Shown: positions 1-16,172 of the stretch, one piece after another | Layout: every line of letters starts with the position of its first letter | Numbering within the stretch: the first letter of the stretch is position 1 | Assembly: GCF_006345805.1 (NCBI RefSeq) | Contig: NC_042998.1 | Coordinates: forward strand, 129,084,001-129,148,000 | Length of the DNA stretch: 64,000 nucleotides | From: Octopus sinensis | Taxonomy: Eukaryota | Direction: 5' to 3' | Notes under the pieces: model-generated | The model's input: the letters and a program-made list of their open reading frames with translations, nothing else | Database searches by the model: none | Told to the model about the DNA's origin: nothing | Translations under genes and position numbers: made by a program

Positions 1-354
1 AAATGCAAAACGAAACACCAAAACCCCCTCTCTTTACCTAAGCTGCTTATATCCTTTGATGTTTACCGAAATGTAAACGGAAGTCATTAAATTCAAGCAC
101 AGACAACTAAGTATTGGTAAAAGAGGATTGCGTGAAACATACGATTGAGGATATGTTAGTTGTAGGTGTCGTTGGAGTTGGTGTTGGTGTTGATGTTGTT
201 GGTGTTGTTGTTGTTGCTGTTGATGGCGAAGTTGATAATTGGGCGGTGTTGGCAATACTAATGATGGCGGTTTGTGGCGATGGTAGAGTTGTTTTGTTGA
301 CAACGGAGAACTGTGGTGGTAGTGGCGGTGCTGTTGAGTGTTTGTAAATGTTAT

Positions 355-2180
355 TGTCGTTGTTTAACCACAGGACAAACCCAATCGAGCAAATATACGA
401 TTGAATGCATTGAAATTGTGATCATTTCGGGTTTTGTTTTTCAGGTATATAAGAAAGTAAGTGTGATGTGAAGGAGATTTAGTTATTATAGTTCGTAGAT
501 CGAGTGACTACGTAGAGGCTCGCTCATTGGCTCAGGCTGTTGTAGCAATAAGTGTTGTAATGGTGAGATTATCAGTGTTAGTAAGTGTGTTGTGCATGTA
601 ATAGTAGCGATGATGATGATGGTATTTTTGTTTAACTCCAGGTCCACCTCACCTGAGCAGATTTATGTTCAAAGATATTCTATCCAGACCTGTTCTGGCT
701 TTTCTTTTAAAGCATAGTGTAGCTGGTAATACTTTATCACGTGTCTGCTTCATTTTTCAAGCAGTAAGGTGTTATGCGGGCGGAAATCTGGCTGTTATTT
801 CCAACTGATGGACTTATCATATATAAGATACCTTTTGGATCGTAATGGTTATATTATAGTTTAAGGCCAGTTTAGATATTAACCATGAAAATCTATGGTG
901 TTCCAACCATATCCATCTTGCTTCTTTTTCTTTTATACCTGTGTCTACAACGACTAACGTATTCTTTAAGACAACAATGCGTAATTCAAGGGAGAATTGG
1001 CTGCAGTTTCTACGATGCCGAGCAACCACATAGAGGCTTTCTGGTTTTGGTAGCATAATATAGTAATGATTATCAAAGTGGTAGATGCATTTGTAATGAC
1101 TGTTGTGGACGAGCAGAAGCTGCGATTGTAGTAGCGATGTTAGTGTTAGAAGTAGAAGTAATGCTATTGTTAGTGGTGAAAAGATGAGCCACAATGGCAG
1201 TGAAGCTTTGTCTTTGTCTTAACCTATTAATACATAATTTCCTAAAAACAGCTCAGTCAGAAACTTACACAATACGACGTATTTATTTCAATTTTAAATA
1301 CTGTTCACATATTATTAATTTTTCATGCTTTCAAACTATTGTATTACAATCCTTTTATGGCATGTTTTAAAAATTCATACGTTTTATTTTTCTTGATATT
1401 TAATTGTAATTAATTTTAGAATGAAAATTAGGCTTCATGCATTAATAGGTAATACTGATAGTTTTAGCAGTTTACTGGAAATGGAGACGACGATAGCATT
1501 AATGGTGCTAGTGTTTGCTGTGGTGGTTGTGATCAAATTTTATGCAAATATAGTTTTGAGAAATTATCTTGATGTTGTTTTAGTTGTTGCTGTTGTCTTA
1601 GCTGTTATTTACTATCAGGTAAAACCGATCGAGCATACATATAATCAAAATACTCGATTTGACAACTTTTTTTTAGGCCAAATACATCTAGAACCACATT
1701 ATCTAGGGCCTTCATTTTTTTGCAAGAAAGTAAACTATAATTTAAGGGAGATTTTGCTGTTATTTCTGGTAAGGCAAGCACCGACGACATAGAGACACTG
1801 AAGAAGTAGTTGATCTCTGAGTTAATTGAGGATCAAAGCAGATATCCCAATGGTTAGTGGTTCGTGCTTTGTTTTCTGCACTATGCAACTGTATCCATGG
1901 TCAATACATATCAATCCCAAGGGCACAGTTAACTTAACTAAAAGTAATGTAGTAATGTGAAGTCGAGTATTTTGTTGTATTGTTGCTGTTGTTTTGTGCC
2001 AGATCAACCCTGGCAAACAAGCATCTGATTAAAGATGTTTCACCAATGGTCGTCTCATATGTTTTTGTATATTTAGAACTACACCGATCGATGTAGCTTC
2101 TTTATTTAAGACAGCAGTATCTGATCCAATGAAATTAAGCCTATGTGCCTAGTAGATGGTGCAGTCCCTTGGTGGTTCGA
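355..2180 (+). repeat. Cluster of about 5 degenerate copies of a ~190-bp SINE-like interspersed repeat, separated by GTT/GTA-rich linkers
   Basis: Recurring blocks TTTAAC(C)CCAGG...ATCGAGCA...GGAGA(T)TTGGCTG..ATTTC...TAGAGGCT at about 360-535, 628-810, 857-1050, 1600-1800 and 1985-2180. Related copies at ~12140-12325 (-), ~21855-22044 continuing at 25053-25130, and ~32650-32830. Confidence 0.6.
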
Positions 2181-2853
2181 TGAATAAAGTTAGGAGGCTT
2201 TTTGCGCTCAGTGGCCTCCTTCAGAATTCAATAGGTTTGATCAAACATTGATGGAAATTTCAAAATACAAACAGTGAAGCAGATGATTTTATCCTTTGAG
2301 GGGAAGGGGAATAAAGCCATGTGTGAATTAATGATTGCTGCTTCGATAGAGTACGGGTCAAAATGATAATGAAATATCAAACGTAAAGTCTTTCATTATC
2401 AGTTTTCAGATTTTCAGGTAAGGATGGAATTATAATTGTTATATTGGTCACAATATCGTAATGATTTCAAGACATCTAAATGCATCAGAAATGAATTCCC
2501 ATTTCCAGGTTTACCATTACACTAAGAAATGCACTCGAAAATACTTTCTAAATCAACAATAGACAAACAGGTATCATACAGGATTCCCTTGGAATACATA
2601 CAGAGAAACCTACCTTTAATACACAGATAACACAGATTAGATATAACTTTTATTTTTTGGAATAACATATGCATTTAGAAAATAAGCAAGACAATACAGC
2701 AAATAAATTATTCAATTGATATGTACATTAAAACGACTATACATATATACATACTCACCCACACACACGTATTTATATGTATGCATATTTAAATATATAT
2801 ATAGATATAGATATATGTGTGTGTATACATACTTGTATATATCTATATATAAT

Positions 2854-2972
<119 letters not shown>

Positions 2973-2974
2973 TA

Positions 2975-4148
<1,174 letters not shown>

Positions 4149-4157
4149 ATATATATA

Positions 4158-4256
<99 letters not shown>

Positions 4257-4659
4257 TTCACAATAACAATAGCAAAGAGATAAAGAGAACTCAATACCGT
4301 CAAGTAGAATAGCTATTCAATTTGGTCTACTGAAAACAATGCCGGTGGCTACGTATAGTTTCCTTACGCGACAATTTAGCATATTTCATAAGACGGTCAT
4401 GCTGGAATAAAATTAGAAGTAATTACAAATAATGATTAAGAAGGATAACATAAATCTCGTTTTGATCTCGCGTCGTTACAAGCATTCGAGACATTAAACA
4501 AGCATTCTATATAAATTAAAGGAAGTCATCCTTGAGAGATCGAATGGAAATAATCTGCATCCAAAGTCTGCATATAAGGACAGGGTTATACCAAAATATC
4601 CTATACGCGATGCTAGATTAAATTCTAAAGGAAGATATGGAAGGACGACGGACATAAGA

Positions 4660-4915
4660 ACGGTTAGAAGGGTAAGTGCCGCATTGGTAGTACTGCAAGT
4701 ATCATTCTCGCACGCCGGGCGAAATGAGTGCCGTATTTCGTCTGCCGTTACGTTGTGAGTTCAAATTCCGCCGAGGTCGACTTTGCCTTTCATCCTTTCG
4801 GGGTCGATAAATTAAGTACCAGTTACGCACTGGGGTCGATGTAATCGACTTAATCCATTTGTCTGTTCTTGTTTGTCCCTTCTATGTTTAGCCCCTTGTG
4901 GGTAATAAAGAAATA
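4660..4915 (+). mobile_element. tRNA-derived SINE with Nin/Deu-type central domain, tail type A
   Basis: B-box-like GAGTTCAAATTCC; central GACTTTGCCTTTCATCCTTTCGGGGTCGATAAATTAAGTACCAG; tail TTTGTCCCTTCTATGTTTAGCCCCTTGTGGGTAATAAAGAAATA. Confidence 0.85.
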
Positions 4916-5473
4916 CATTATCAGAATTCGTATATTCACTCGCCATTCATAAACTGTATTGATGTTGGCAGGTTAATGGTGATGCAAATAACCTAGATTA
5001 AATGTTGAAGCGATACAGGAACTTTTCTAAACTAGGAATAGAGCCATTTATTGTATGATTCTGTCAAGCTTCCTTGTATGTTTATTGACTATTCATAACT
5101 TACACATAGCATTAGGTGCAGCATTTTTCATGTTATCAGTGAGAACTACAAAAATAAGACAAAACGATAAAAACATAAGCAAAGCCAAAATATCCAGCAA
5201 CATAAGCTGTATACGATGTGTACTTTTGTAGGCTCCTCTCTTGTTTTAGAGAGTAGCATGCCTCTGCTTTGCAGACTGAGCCTAATGTTTTGAAAGGTAG
5301 ATGTGTATAATGTATGGACTCCTGTAACTTGGTATACGATTAATGTCATCGCATTCGTGGATACAAAAATAATGTTTTTGAATTTATAGTATCCTCGGTT
5401 TTAACTCAAGGGCACACACACCATGATAATTCCGAAACCGCATTAGTATAAAAACAATCCAAAATTATTCATA

Positions 5474-5621
5474 AGGCGCAGGCATGGTAGTGTGGTAAAA
5501 GCTTGCTTCCTAACCAAATTGTTCCGAGCTCAGTACCACTGTGTGGTACCTTCTACAATAGCCGCGGGTCGATCAAAGCCTTGTGAGTGGATATGGTAGA
5601 CAGAAACTAAAAGAAGCCTGT

Positions 5622-5679
<58 letters not shown>

Positions 5680-5935
5680 CATATAAATATACATATACAT
5701 ACATATATATATGTATATGTGTGTGTTTTTGTGTCTCCTCACCACCGCTTGACACCCTGTCTTGGTTGTTTATGTCCCCATAACTTAGTGATTCGGCAAA
5801 AGAACTGTTAGAATGAGCACCAGCCTTAACAAAATTAAGTACTGAGGTCGATTTATTCGACTAAAAAGTTCTTCAAGGAGGTGCTCTGGCATGGCTGCAG
5901 TCTAACGACTGAAGCAAGTAAAAGATAAAAGATAA
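5474..5935 (+). mobile_element. tRNA-derived SINE (octopus-type, CORE-like) with internal microsatellite
   Basis: Head GGCGCAGG..TGTGGTAA, body AAAGCCTTGTGAGTGGAT..GGTAGAC, internal (TA)n, tail GACTGAAGCAAGTAAAAGATAAAAGATAA; homologous to 19131-19525. Confidence 0.85.
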
Positions 5936-6229
5936 GGATTGCCTACAATTTCTGGTATAAGTTCCAAAAGTCTAATTTAGAATCCAGTTACATTGGGCGT
6001 AGTCATGATCGTAAAAAGTGCCTTGCAGTAATTAGTTTCGTTATGTTCCGTTAAGTTCAGTTCTCAATCCTGATAATACTAAATGTCATCTCCATTGATG
6101 CTGAGTCGAAAATTAAGCACTTTCAAGAACTTACATGGATAAAAAATTGTGGAATACTGTCTGCTTAAAAAAATATTAAGAATAACAACATTAAAGGAAA
6201 CGCGTCTTTCGAAACAGGTTGTGTGCTAC

Positions 6230-7200
6230 TTAAAGCTGGCATGAAATTCTGAACCGCTAACCATTTTTCGAACCGTAAGAGTCATGGTGCTTGTATTTCA
6301 TATGACCGAGGTCATCTAAAAGGTAACATGTCAACATGTTAGCAGTAACATATCTAGAGACCGGAAAAGATCATTCGTCTGTGATTCTTGTGATATGTCC
6401 GGTTTAGCGGAACTTATGTTTTTGGTATTCTGCTCGCGAATTGCCGTGTTTCAGAAATGTTCCACAATGATATTCCTAGCAGAGATCTTTCTATGGTACT
6501 CTGTGTCGCTGTCAGTCGTTATTCTTCTTTCTTCGTAGCAGACCATGTCTCATTTGCGTATGAAAGCGTAGGATGGACAGTGCTGTTGAAGATATTAGCA
6601 CGCAGGCTGCTTTGAGCACATGTTTAATCGAATCAAACATTTTCCATTCTGCTCTTACTCCGTACGAGATTGCAACTGTCTGTTCCAAGATGTACTCTTT
6701 CACTTCTCCAATTTCATTGCTTTCCACTGCTGTTCAGCTTCAGTTACATTTTCGGACAATATGCATTTCGTCTGCAAGCGATTTAATTTGAGGCCCGCTG
6801 CTGTATACTAAATATCCAGTGTTGTCGACATGGTTTGCCGTTGATCTGAGATTTCTACAGTGAGCACGTTGTTATCTGCAAATTAGAGGTGTGTTAACGG
6901 CTTATCATTGATGCTGATACTTCTTTTCCCATCAATATATCAGACGATCATTCCGAAACATGCAACGATGCGCTTTGGAGAGATGCTACCATCCTATTTA
7001 ACGCCCTTTCCGACTGGAACACTTAGGAATGCAGCAGAGTTATATCGGTTGTGCATCCTGAGTTCTCGTACCTGATCCTTTTAGTGTATTATGCCTGGAC
7101 TACTTGCATTTTCAGAAAACTTCAGCTCTTGAGTCAACTCGACGTTATCAAAGGCAACGTTCAAGTGAATATGTGGCATACTCTGCTGTAATTCTTCAGG
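6230..7200 (-). mobile_element. Degenerate RTE-clade non-LTR retrotransposon, RT and C-terminal fragment
   Basis: Minus-strand translation GKGVK*DGSISPK...ISINDKPLTHL*FADNNVL...AAGLKLNRLQTK matches the RT motifs GVKQGDxISP and LTHLRFADD; many stops. Confidence 0.8.
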
Positions 7201-7419
7201 AAACATCCTTCCTCTCTCCGCTCTTGGTCGTCAAAATGTTTCGATAGACTGTATACACACATTCATACATACATACATGCATACCTACCTACCTACCTAC
7301 CTACCTACCTACCTACCTACCTACCTACCTACCTACCTACATACATACATAATACATACATACATACCTACCTACCTACCTACCTACATACATACATACA
7401 TACATAGATACATACATAC

Positions 7420-8517
7420 AATGTTGTTATATGGTTGTGAAAAAGGGGAAAACTATAAACCAGACTAGTAACTGTTTCCCCTGTATCTGACGAGGAATGT
7501 TACAGGTATCTAGGGGTGGATGAAAATATATCTTACAATGGCACCTGTAACAAATCATGTCACTAAATACTATTATAGCCAACTAAAAAACAAATAAACC
7601 TCATAACTCCCGAGCCATTAACGTGAAAACCCCCAAAATACTAACAAGCACACAAAATTTCCACATAAACAGTGACGTAGACAGCTTCTACCTACAGCGA
7701 AAACAAGGCGGCAGAGGTTTAACATCTGATTACTACCTCCCACTTTGAAGGGTATTAGTTTGCAATCCAGGAACAGGAAATATCAACCAAGTATCTGATG
7801 CACAGAAGGGTTTGAGATGCAGAAAAAGCCGTTAAACTTGACAAGTGATGCAGACTTTGTGGAATTCACACTGAAGATATCACCCACATCATGAGCAGTT
7901 GTCCGAAAATGTCATCACGGTATTATCTACGGATGAGAGATGATGTTGTAGCTAGGACACTCTATAATGAAATCCGTCTGGAGGATAATCCTGCGGACAA
8001 AGAAACGAGAACCCACAATATGGTAGAAGCCATAGCCACTCATAAAAAAGGGAATACGGGTGGAATGCACCAGTGAAGACTTCAATAAAATGTAAGCTCA
8101 ACAGACCTGATGTAATGATTTGGGATTGTGGAAATTAGCTTCCCAACGGATGTTAGCATAAAGCTGAAGATCAATGAAAAGAGAGCACCTATACTGAACT
8201 ATTGAGAAAACTGCTGTTACTCGATCCAGGTTACAAGTTCAGGTTTATACTTGTAATTATTGGGGTCCTGGGATATTTAACACACCACCTAAATACCAAT
8301 CTTGAGAGATTAAGTTTCTCGAGAGCAGAAAAAAGAAAGCTAATTCGAAGACTACAGATCCAATCCACCAATGGAACTGTAAAATCTGTAAAACTTTCCG
8401 GAAGTTTATCATTTAAATATATAGGAACATGCCTAGATATGCAACTATATGCATGAGAATGCATACATAAATCAACCAAATCTGTACATACATATATACA
8501 TACATACATACATACAT

Positions 8518-8552
<35 letters not shown>

Positions 8553-8708
8553 TACATACATACATACATACATACATACATAAATACATACAAACAAACA
8601 AAAGTACCCAGCCGTTGATGTTGAAATTCCAATGAAGGAGCCTTGGACCTAGGTTAGAAACCGGTTCTTTCTCTATTGGCAAGAAATTTTGAAATAAACC
8701 GAATAATG
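7420..8708 (+). mobile_element. 5'-truncated R4/Dong-like non-LTR retrotransposon with restriction-like endonuclease, decayed
   Basis: YRYLGVDEN; NFHINSDVDSFYLQRKQGGRGL; CRLCGIHTEDITHIMSSC (CCHC knuckle); NRPDVMIWD (RLE); VIIGVLGY; 3' UTR ending GAAATAAACCGAATAATG. Confidence 0.85.
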
Positions 8709-8833
8709 ACATATATACATATATGCATGCACACATACCTACCTGCCTACCTACCTACCTACCTACCTACCTACCTACCTACCTACCTACCTACCTACCT
8801 ACATACATACATACATACATACATACATACATA

Positions 8834-9183
8834 CTGGGATATGTAACACACTGCCTAAATATCAATCTTGAGAAAATACGCTTCTCAAAACCAGAAAGGA
8901 GAAAGCTAATTCGAAGATTACAGATCCAATCCAATCACTGGAACTGTAAAAATCTGTAAAAAATTCCTGAAGTTTATCATTTAAGTATATATGAGCATGC
9001 CTAGAAATGCAAATAAATGCATGAGAAGACATACATAAAACAAAACAAACTTGCACGTCTATATATATACATACAAAAATATCCTGTTGTTGATGTTGGA
9101 ATTCCAATGAAGGACCCTTGGATCTAGGTTTGAGCCTGCTCTTTATCTATTGGCAAGAAATCTTGAAATAAAACTGAATAATG
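8834..9183 (+). mobile_element. Second, shorter 3' end of the same R4-like family
   Basis: Homologous to ~8268-8708 (RKLIRRLQIQS and the 3' UTR) and ends at the same AATAATG. Confidence 0.85.
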
Positions 9184-9242
9184 GCATACATATGTATATA
9201 CATACATATATACATACATATATACATACATACATACATACG

Positions 9243-9760
9243 CAAAAAGACTGTCCTGAAATAAACTTAGAAAATCCCTGTTATGGAATACATTCATAAA
9301 CACCAACTCAAGGAATACTGGTGGAATATTCATTCCCATCAAATGTATGCTTAACAGGCGGGATATTGTTGTTTGGGACAGAGGGGTAAAGGTATGTACC
9401 ATCATAGAGGTTAGCTACCCTGCAGATATCTCAGAAAAATCAAAGAATAGGATATCTTTGGACAACTGCTTCGAAACCCCAGCTTCTATATCCAGACTAT
9501 GTATTCATATTCATACCAATAATAATTGGAGCACTAGGCTTTGTTAGTAAATGCTTAAAGGAGAATCTGGATAAACTGGAATTTTCAGAAAGAGAAATTG
9601 ACCGGTTGATTTGTACATCTGTGAGTGGAACAGTAAAAATATGAAAGACTTTTCTCAAGTTCCACATGTAAATATGTCTGCATTAACTACATCCCAAAGA
9701 TGGAGCCTTGCATCTTTGTTGGAAACTGGCTCCCTCCTCAGTGGAAGATTTATAATAATT
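9243..9760 (+). mobile_element. Third R4-like 3' fragment (related, distinct subfamily)
   Basis: NRRDIVVWDRGVKVCTIIEVSYPAD (RLE PD..E region); similar C-terminus and UTR (GGAGCCTTG..GTTGGAAACTGGCTC). Confidence 0.75.
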
Positions 9761-9857
9761 ATAAAATAGAAGAGACATACAACCTACTTATGTATGTATC
9801 AAACTATCAATATATTCCTCTATCTGTCTATATAGTCACAGCTATATACTCATCCAT

Positions 9858-11440
<1,583 letters not shown>

Positions 11441-13039
11441 TGAGTAAGTCAGAAATATATACTGAATGATAAAGCCTTGTTTTTATGTGTGTGTGGTTTG
11501 TGATTGTGCACTCCATTCTGAACATCACATTAATTTCTGCGCTTATGTTACCAAATTCAACTTGAAGTTTACTAATGGTAGGCAATTAATACGAGAAGAC
11601 TTCGTGTTTTAAAAACCATAACTGTGCGTAATATCAAAGAGAAGTGGAGAGTGTCTGAAATTGGGTTTCCTATATTAACTGTCATTTCTTCATCATCACT
11701 ACATATCGATATCACATGCATCATCGTAAAGCCATTTATTGATCAGTATTCGATTTTCCTATACATAGTGAATAGTGAAGAAATTGCTAATTTTAGTTCA
11801 ATTATTTTCATGTTCTGACGTAATAGTATCAGCAAAGTATTAGATTGGTTCTTCTTTCGACTATATTACATTGGTAACAGGGCAAAATGGAAGATTAGTT
11901 TATAGAGTTTGGTCATAAGTTTATAAGTTTCGTGGCATAAGTTGAATGAAATGCAGCGATCTTATTGAGTTTTCTGATTCGAATCAGCTTGATTCTCTCA
12001 GATATCGTGTCTAGATACTAAAATGTTACTGGTTAAAGATTGTTTGGGAATAGATCAACGTCTTGTTCTGTGGGGAAAGATATATTTATTCTTTATTCGT
12101 TTAACACTACAAAAACACGATTTTACGAGAAAGCAGCGTGTGTGAATGGCCGTTTAACGCGTTAAAAATAATAATCAAATGTCCCTCAAATTGCATACAT
12201 TTTAAATAACATTGGAGAATGTGATCCAGAGTGCACTGTGCTTATGATAACTATGGTGATGTCACAGACGAAATGCTTTAGATCATAAGCCTACTTGATC
12301 GGTATTAACACAGAATAAAACAACGAAAACATTAGGTTCAAAATACGAATTTACCATCTAGGCCTCTATGTCTTGCGCAACAACTACTTTGTAAAGTAAA
12401 AATTTAAAGTATTAAAATCACACAGCTATGGAAGATATTTAACCAAAAGAGTATAAGTGCTGTCAAACTTTTTTCATTCGTATCAAATGAAAGACTTAGC
12501 AATTTTTCAGATTTTTGGATTGGCGGCACAAAATTCTTGCACCTTCAGCAACACCTCTAAGAGCATCGCCAGCAAGAGCAGGATCAGCAAGAAAAAGGTA
12601 TCACTATTTGCTACAATACCGCTAGCAACGGCCGACAACAATATAACAATACCTTATTTTCCCATCCCCCAGGCGTTTAACTTTCAATGATTTAACTTTC
12701 GAAACTCATCTGAAACGGAGAATTAAAGCCTAAAATTTTTTAATACTTTCCTATACAGAGGCAATACGTTTAAGTAAGTATGTTTATGCTTCAATTAATG
12801 CTTGAAGCTTAGTTGTAAGAAAGATGTAAAATACAATACCAAATGTTTCTTGATTACTTGCCGTAATAATATGGAAGCAAGAATGTTGAATAATTCTTGA
12901 AGTCTTACAGATTCAATCCTCTAATGAGCATATATTTTGCTGTAAAAAGGATTATTTGCATGCATAGGCCTTTAAAATAAAAGTATAGAATTTATATAGT
13001 CAATTATGTAGTCAATCTCATTCTTACTCCTCTATATTG

Positions 13040-13850
13040 ATGAACTGCTTGCTGTCACTTTTAACAACGCTCACTTTCATCGAACATTGTAGATAGTACC
13101 ACTCTTCACGCCCCTTAACTACCCGAACATGCATCCTAAACATCTCACTTCAAATCTACAGTCTCCATAGATATCTCGATAACATTCCGTCCGTCGTGTT
13201 ACTTCCATCATTACAAAAGCCCTGTCACGTTTTCTATTCTTGGAACATATGCAGTTAAAACAGAGCCACTTCAAATTCTCAATGACTTGTTCTATCTTAT
13301 TGAGATTCACCGTTCGCACTATAGTATAAACTGCGTCTCCAAAAATAAATTTCCTTTCAGATCCTGAAAATACTTCAGCCATGAAAATCGTCTGCGAGCC
13401 ATTATGGGTCTGATCTGAGACTCATATTGGAATGCTAATTCCACGTGTGGGACAGCACTATTGCGCTATGTACACAATATACCCCCACAAAAGACCATTT
13501 GAGTGATTGCAAAGGTGTTTCATTACAATCGTTTACCACGCATGCCGACCTCAATACGCAAACATGCTGTCTACCTCACTGTCACTCTTCTACTGTCACT
13601 CTTCTACCCCAAAGATACTTATCACTTGCGCCAAATCCACTGATACCCGTCCAACATATCCATCTTTTTGCTTCTCGTCACCCATTATACGTCTTTCCTC
13701 CAAGGTTTCGCTCTAACTGTTTATTCAATCCTTCTTCAGAATGTATAGTTTCTGGAAATCCACTTCTAACCACTTTTCCCCTTCAACTGTTGTCTTGCAT
13801 TCGTTCAACCGGAACATCAACCGCACCAATCTCAAAGGTCTGAAAAAGCT
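13040..13850 (+). mobile_element. Degenerate L2/Crack/CR1-group LINE 3' fragment
   Basis: Remnants on + resemble ADDSTLH, ASxKLxFL..KYFS, LEYxSHVWD, LQSL..RR, SLFY and SFFxR..WNxL..FP. Confidence 0.6.
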
Positions 13851-14175
13851 TGCCAAAGTCTTAAGCTCAGTTCCTTCCTCTTAACTAGCATCATAAAAAG
13901 TATTCAAAAGTAACACTTCGCAAAATATTCACCAATATTAAACCTACCCATTAGTGGCAAGTATATAGAATTTATAACATCCTATGCATTTCTGGAAGGT
14001 TTTATGACAGAAAAAATGGGTGGCTCCTAAACTTTTATTACAGAAAAGCATCAGAAAGTCTCATTGGAAGGAGAGACATTAACACTATGAATGACTGAAC
14101 ATATATGATACAAAAAGGAGAAAAAACACGTACCACCATCATTGTTAAATAACTGCAGTCAAAACTGAGAAAAAC

Positions 14176-14216
14176 CGTCGTCGTCGTCGTCGTCGTCGTA
14201 GTAGTAGTAGTAGTGA

Positions 14217-14254
<38 letters not shown>

Positions 14255-14286
14255 TAGTAGTAGTAGTAGTAGTAGTAGCAGCAGCA
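14176..14286. repeat. (GTC)n(GTA)n trinucleotide microsatellite
   Basis: Directly visible. Confidence 0.95.
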
Positions 14287-15455
14287 TATATAACATTTGC
14301 GGATAAAATAATGAGTTGTTAATCAGTTGAATATGACTACCATTATAGAAAGATAAATTTACATAACCTTAAACAACAGTCATTATTACACGTACATTGA
14401 TAGCTTAATGGATAAGAGAAGTATTACACCTCGTCTAGAGATAAGATACCCGATAACGATCGGAGGTCGGAGCAATGTGTAAACGTAACTATTATCAATA
14501 CACGTTCAGTTAGCAGTCCAAAATACTATCATTGTATTTAATAAACAGATCATAAAGTTAGCAGAAATGGTCAGGTAATCAGTGAAGGCAATCAGTGGCA
14601 TAAATGTAATAAGTTAAGTCATCTGTGAATAGAAGCAGTGTCACGATAGTAGCTTGTCTCTTTAGTCGAGACAGAAAATTTTCTTTGATTATGACAGTTA
14701 ATTTATATTTTCAGATATAATGTCAAGTCTCTCCGAACCTCGACATCATAAGTTTGTTCGATCGTAGCTGACTGCTGTCTACACAAGTACAAAAGCAACA
14801 TCAGTGTCAATGATTCAGACAGACTAGCGAATAACATATTCTTGGTAACTTTGTTCAAGATGTTTTACTATTCCAAGTGTTCGTATCATAGAAGCAATGA
14901 CTTTAGCCACGGGATCGATTCACTCAAGTTTGTTCCATTTATACAAAAACTGGTTTTGTGAGTAGTGATAAAGACTCCTTATTGCTGTAAAATAAAAAGA
15001 AAAGAAACTCCGATGACATGAATTAATAAAACTTGAGGTTTGGTAACATACTAAATTTCTTCTCTGTTCTCAAGGCCTTTGCGAAGAATTCTAGTAGATT
15101 TCAAAGTGCAATTTTCTGCACTTTCACTTATCTAGGCTTCACATACAATATCTCTCAAACCCATCTTCTTAGACAGCAAAAATTATTTCATATCTCAAGG
15201 CCGATTCAATTCATCGTACGCTTTCCTTGAAAAAAAATATGTTTCCTGACAAAGTGAGAACGCAATGACACTAAAAAGAAAAACAACGAAAATAATTGCA
15301 TAAACATTGATTCAAATAAAACTTGAAAGTTATATATATTTTTTATTCCTGCAGTACTTAATATTCCATTACACTTGGAAACATTTTCATTCGATCAATC
15401 AATGGTTCGACCACAATTATTATTGATTCGATTCGAACTGTTGTGTTGATGCAGC

Positions 15456-15474
15456 TTTATTATTATTATTATTA

Positions 15475-15542
<68 letters not shown>
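15456..15542. repeat. (TTA)n microsatellite
   Basis: Directly visible. Confidence 0.95.
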
Positions 15543-15546
<4 letters not shown>

Positions 15547-16127
15547 GCATAAATTGAAGAAGTTTGATCGATATTTCCACCATCAGATACATTCAAGATT
15601 GGCACACTGTCAGCAGTGTTATAAACCATTGCTACCAGAATTGTGCATTTATTACTAGCAAAGACGTCAACAGTAGGGATTTTGAAGTAACTTCGAGGTT
15701 AAGCACCAATCTCTCTATGTACAGTCAATATATGAGTCAATACGATTACTTTTATTATATCATTTTCACTTACCATTATTTCTTAATAGACATCGAGGCA
15801 AAGTTAATTTCCAGTTGATTTCTAGATTGAATCATTATTTTTTTTGTTTATCTATTTATTTTCTTACTCTTCATTTTCTCTTTGAAGTAAAAGTATAGAA
15901 TTTAATTAACTTAGTGGCACTTAGAGCGCCATGGGAAGTGATGCTATCAGAAGTATTTTTATTAACCGTGACTTCAAGAAAAATATCACATTTGATAATT
16001 CACATCTGACGGCTAATACAATGAACTAAATTTCACTTGGTCTCGTCTCCTTCTTCTCCTCCCCCACCTCCTCGTTCTCGCTATCCCCAGAAACTACTGC
16101 TACCGTGATAACGACGATGACAGAGAC

Positions 16128-16172
<45 letters not shown>

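Noticed and set aside
34-347. Poly-Q/H ORF (-) and V-rich ORF (+)
   Set aside because: Degenerate (GTT/GGT)n low-complexity sequence; no domain recognised and no splice support.
4340-4410. Minus-strand GAAAC-TATAC-GTA with a short stem, hammerhead-like
   Set aside because: No CUGANGA-like core at the required position.
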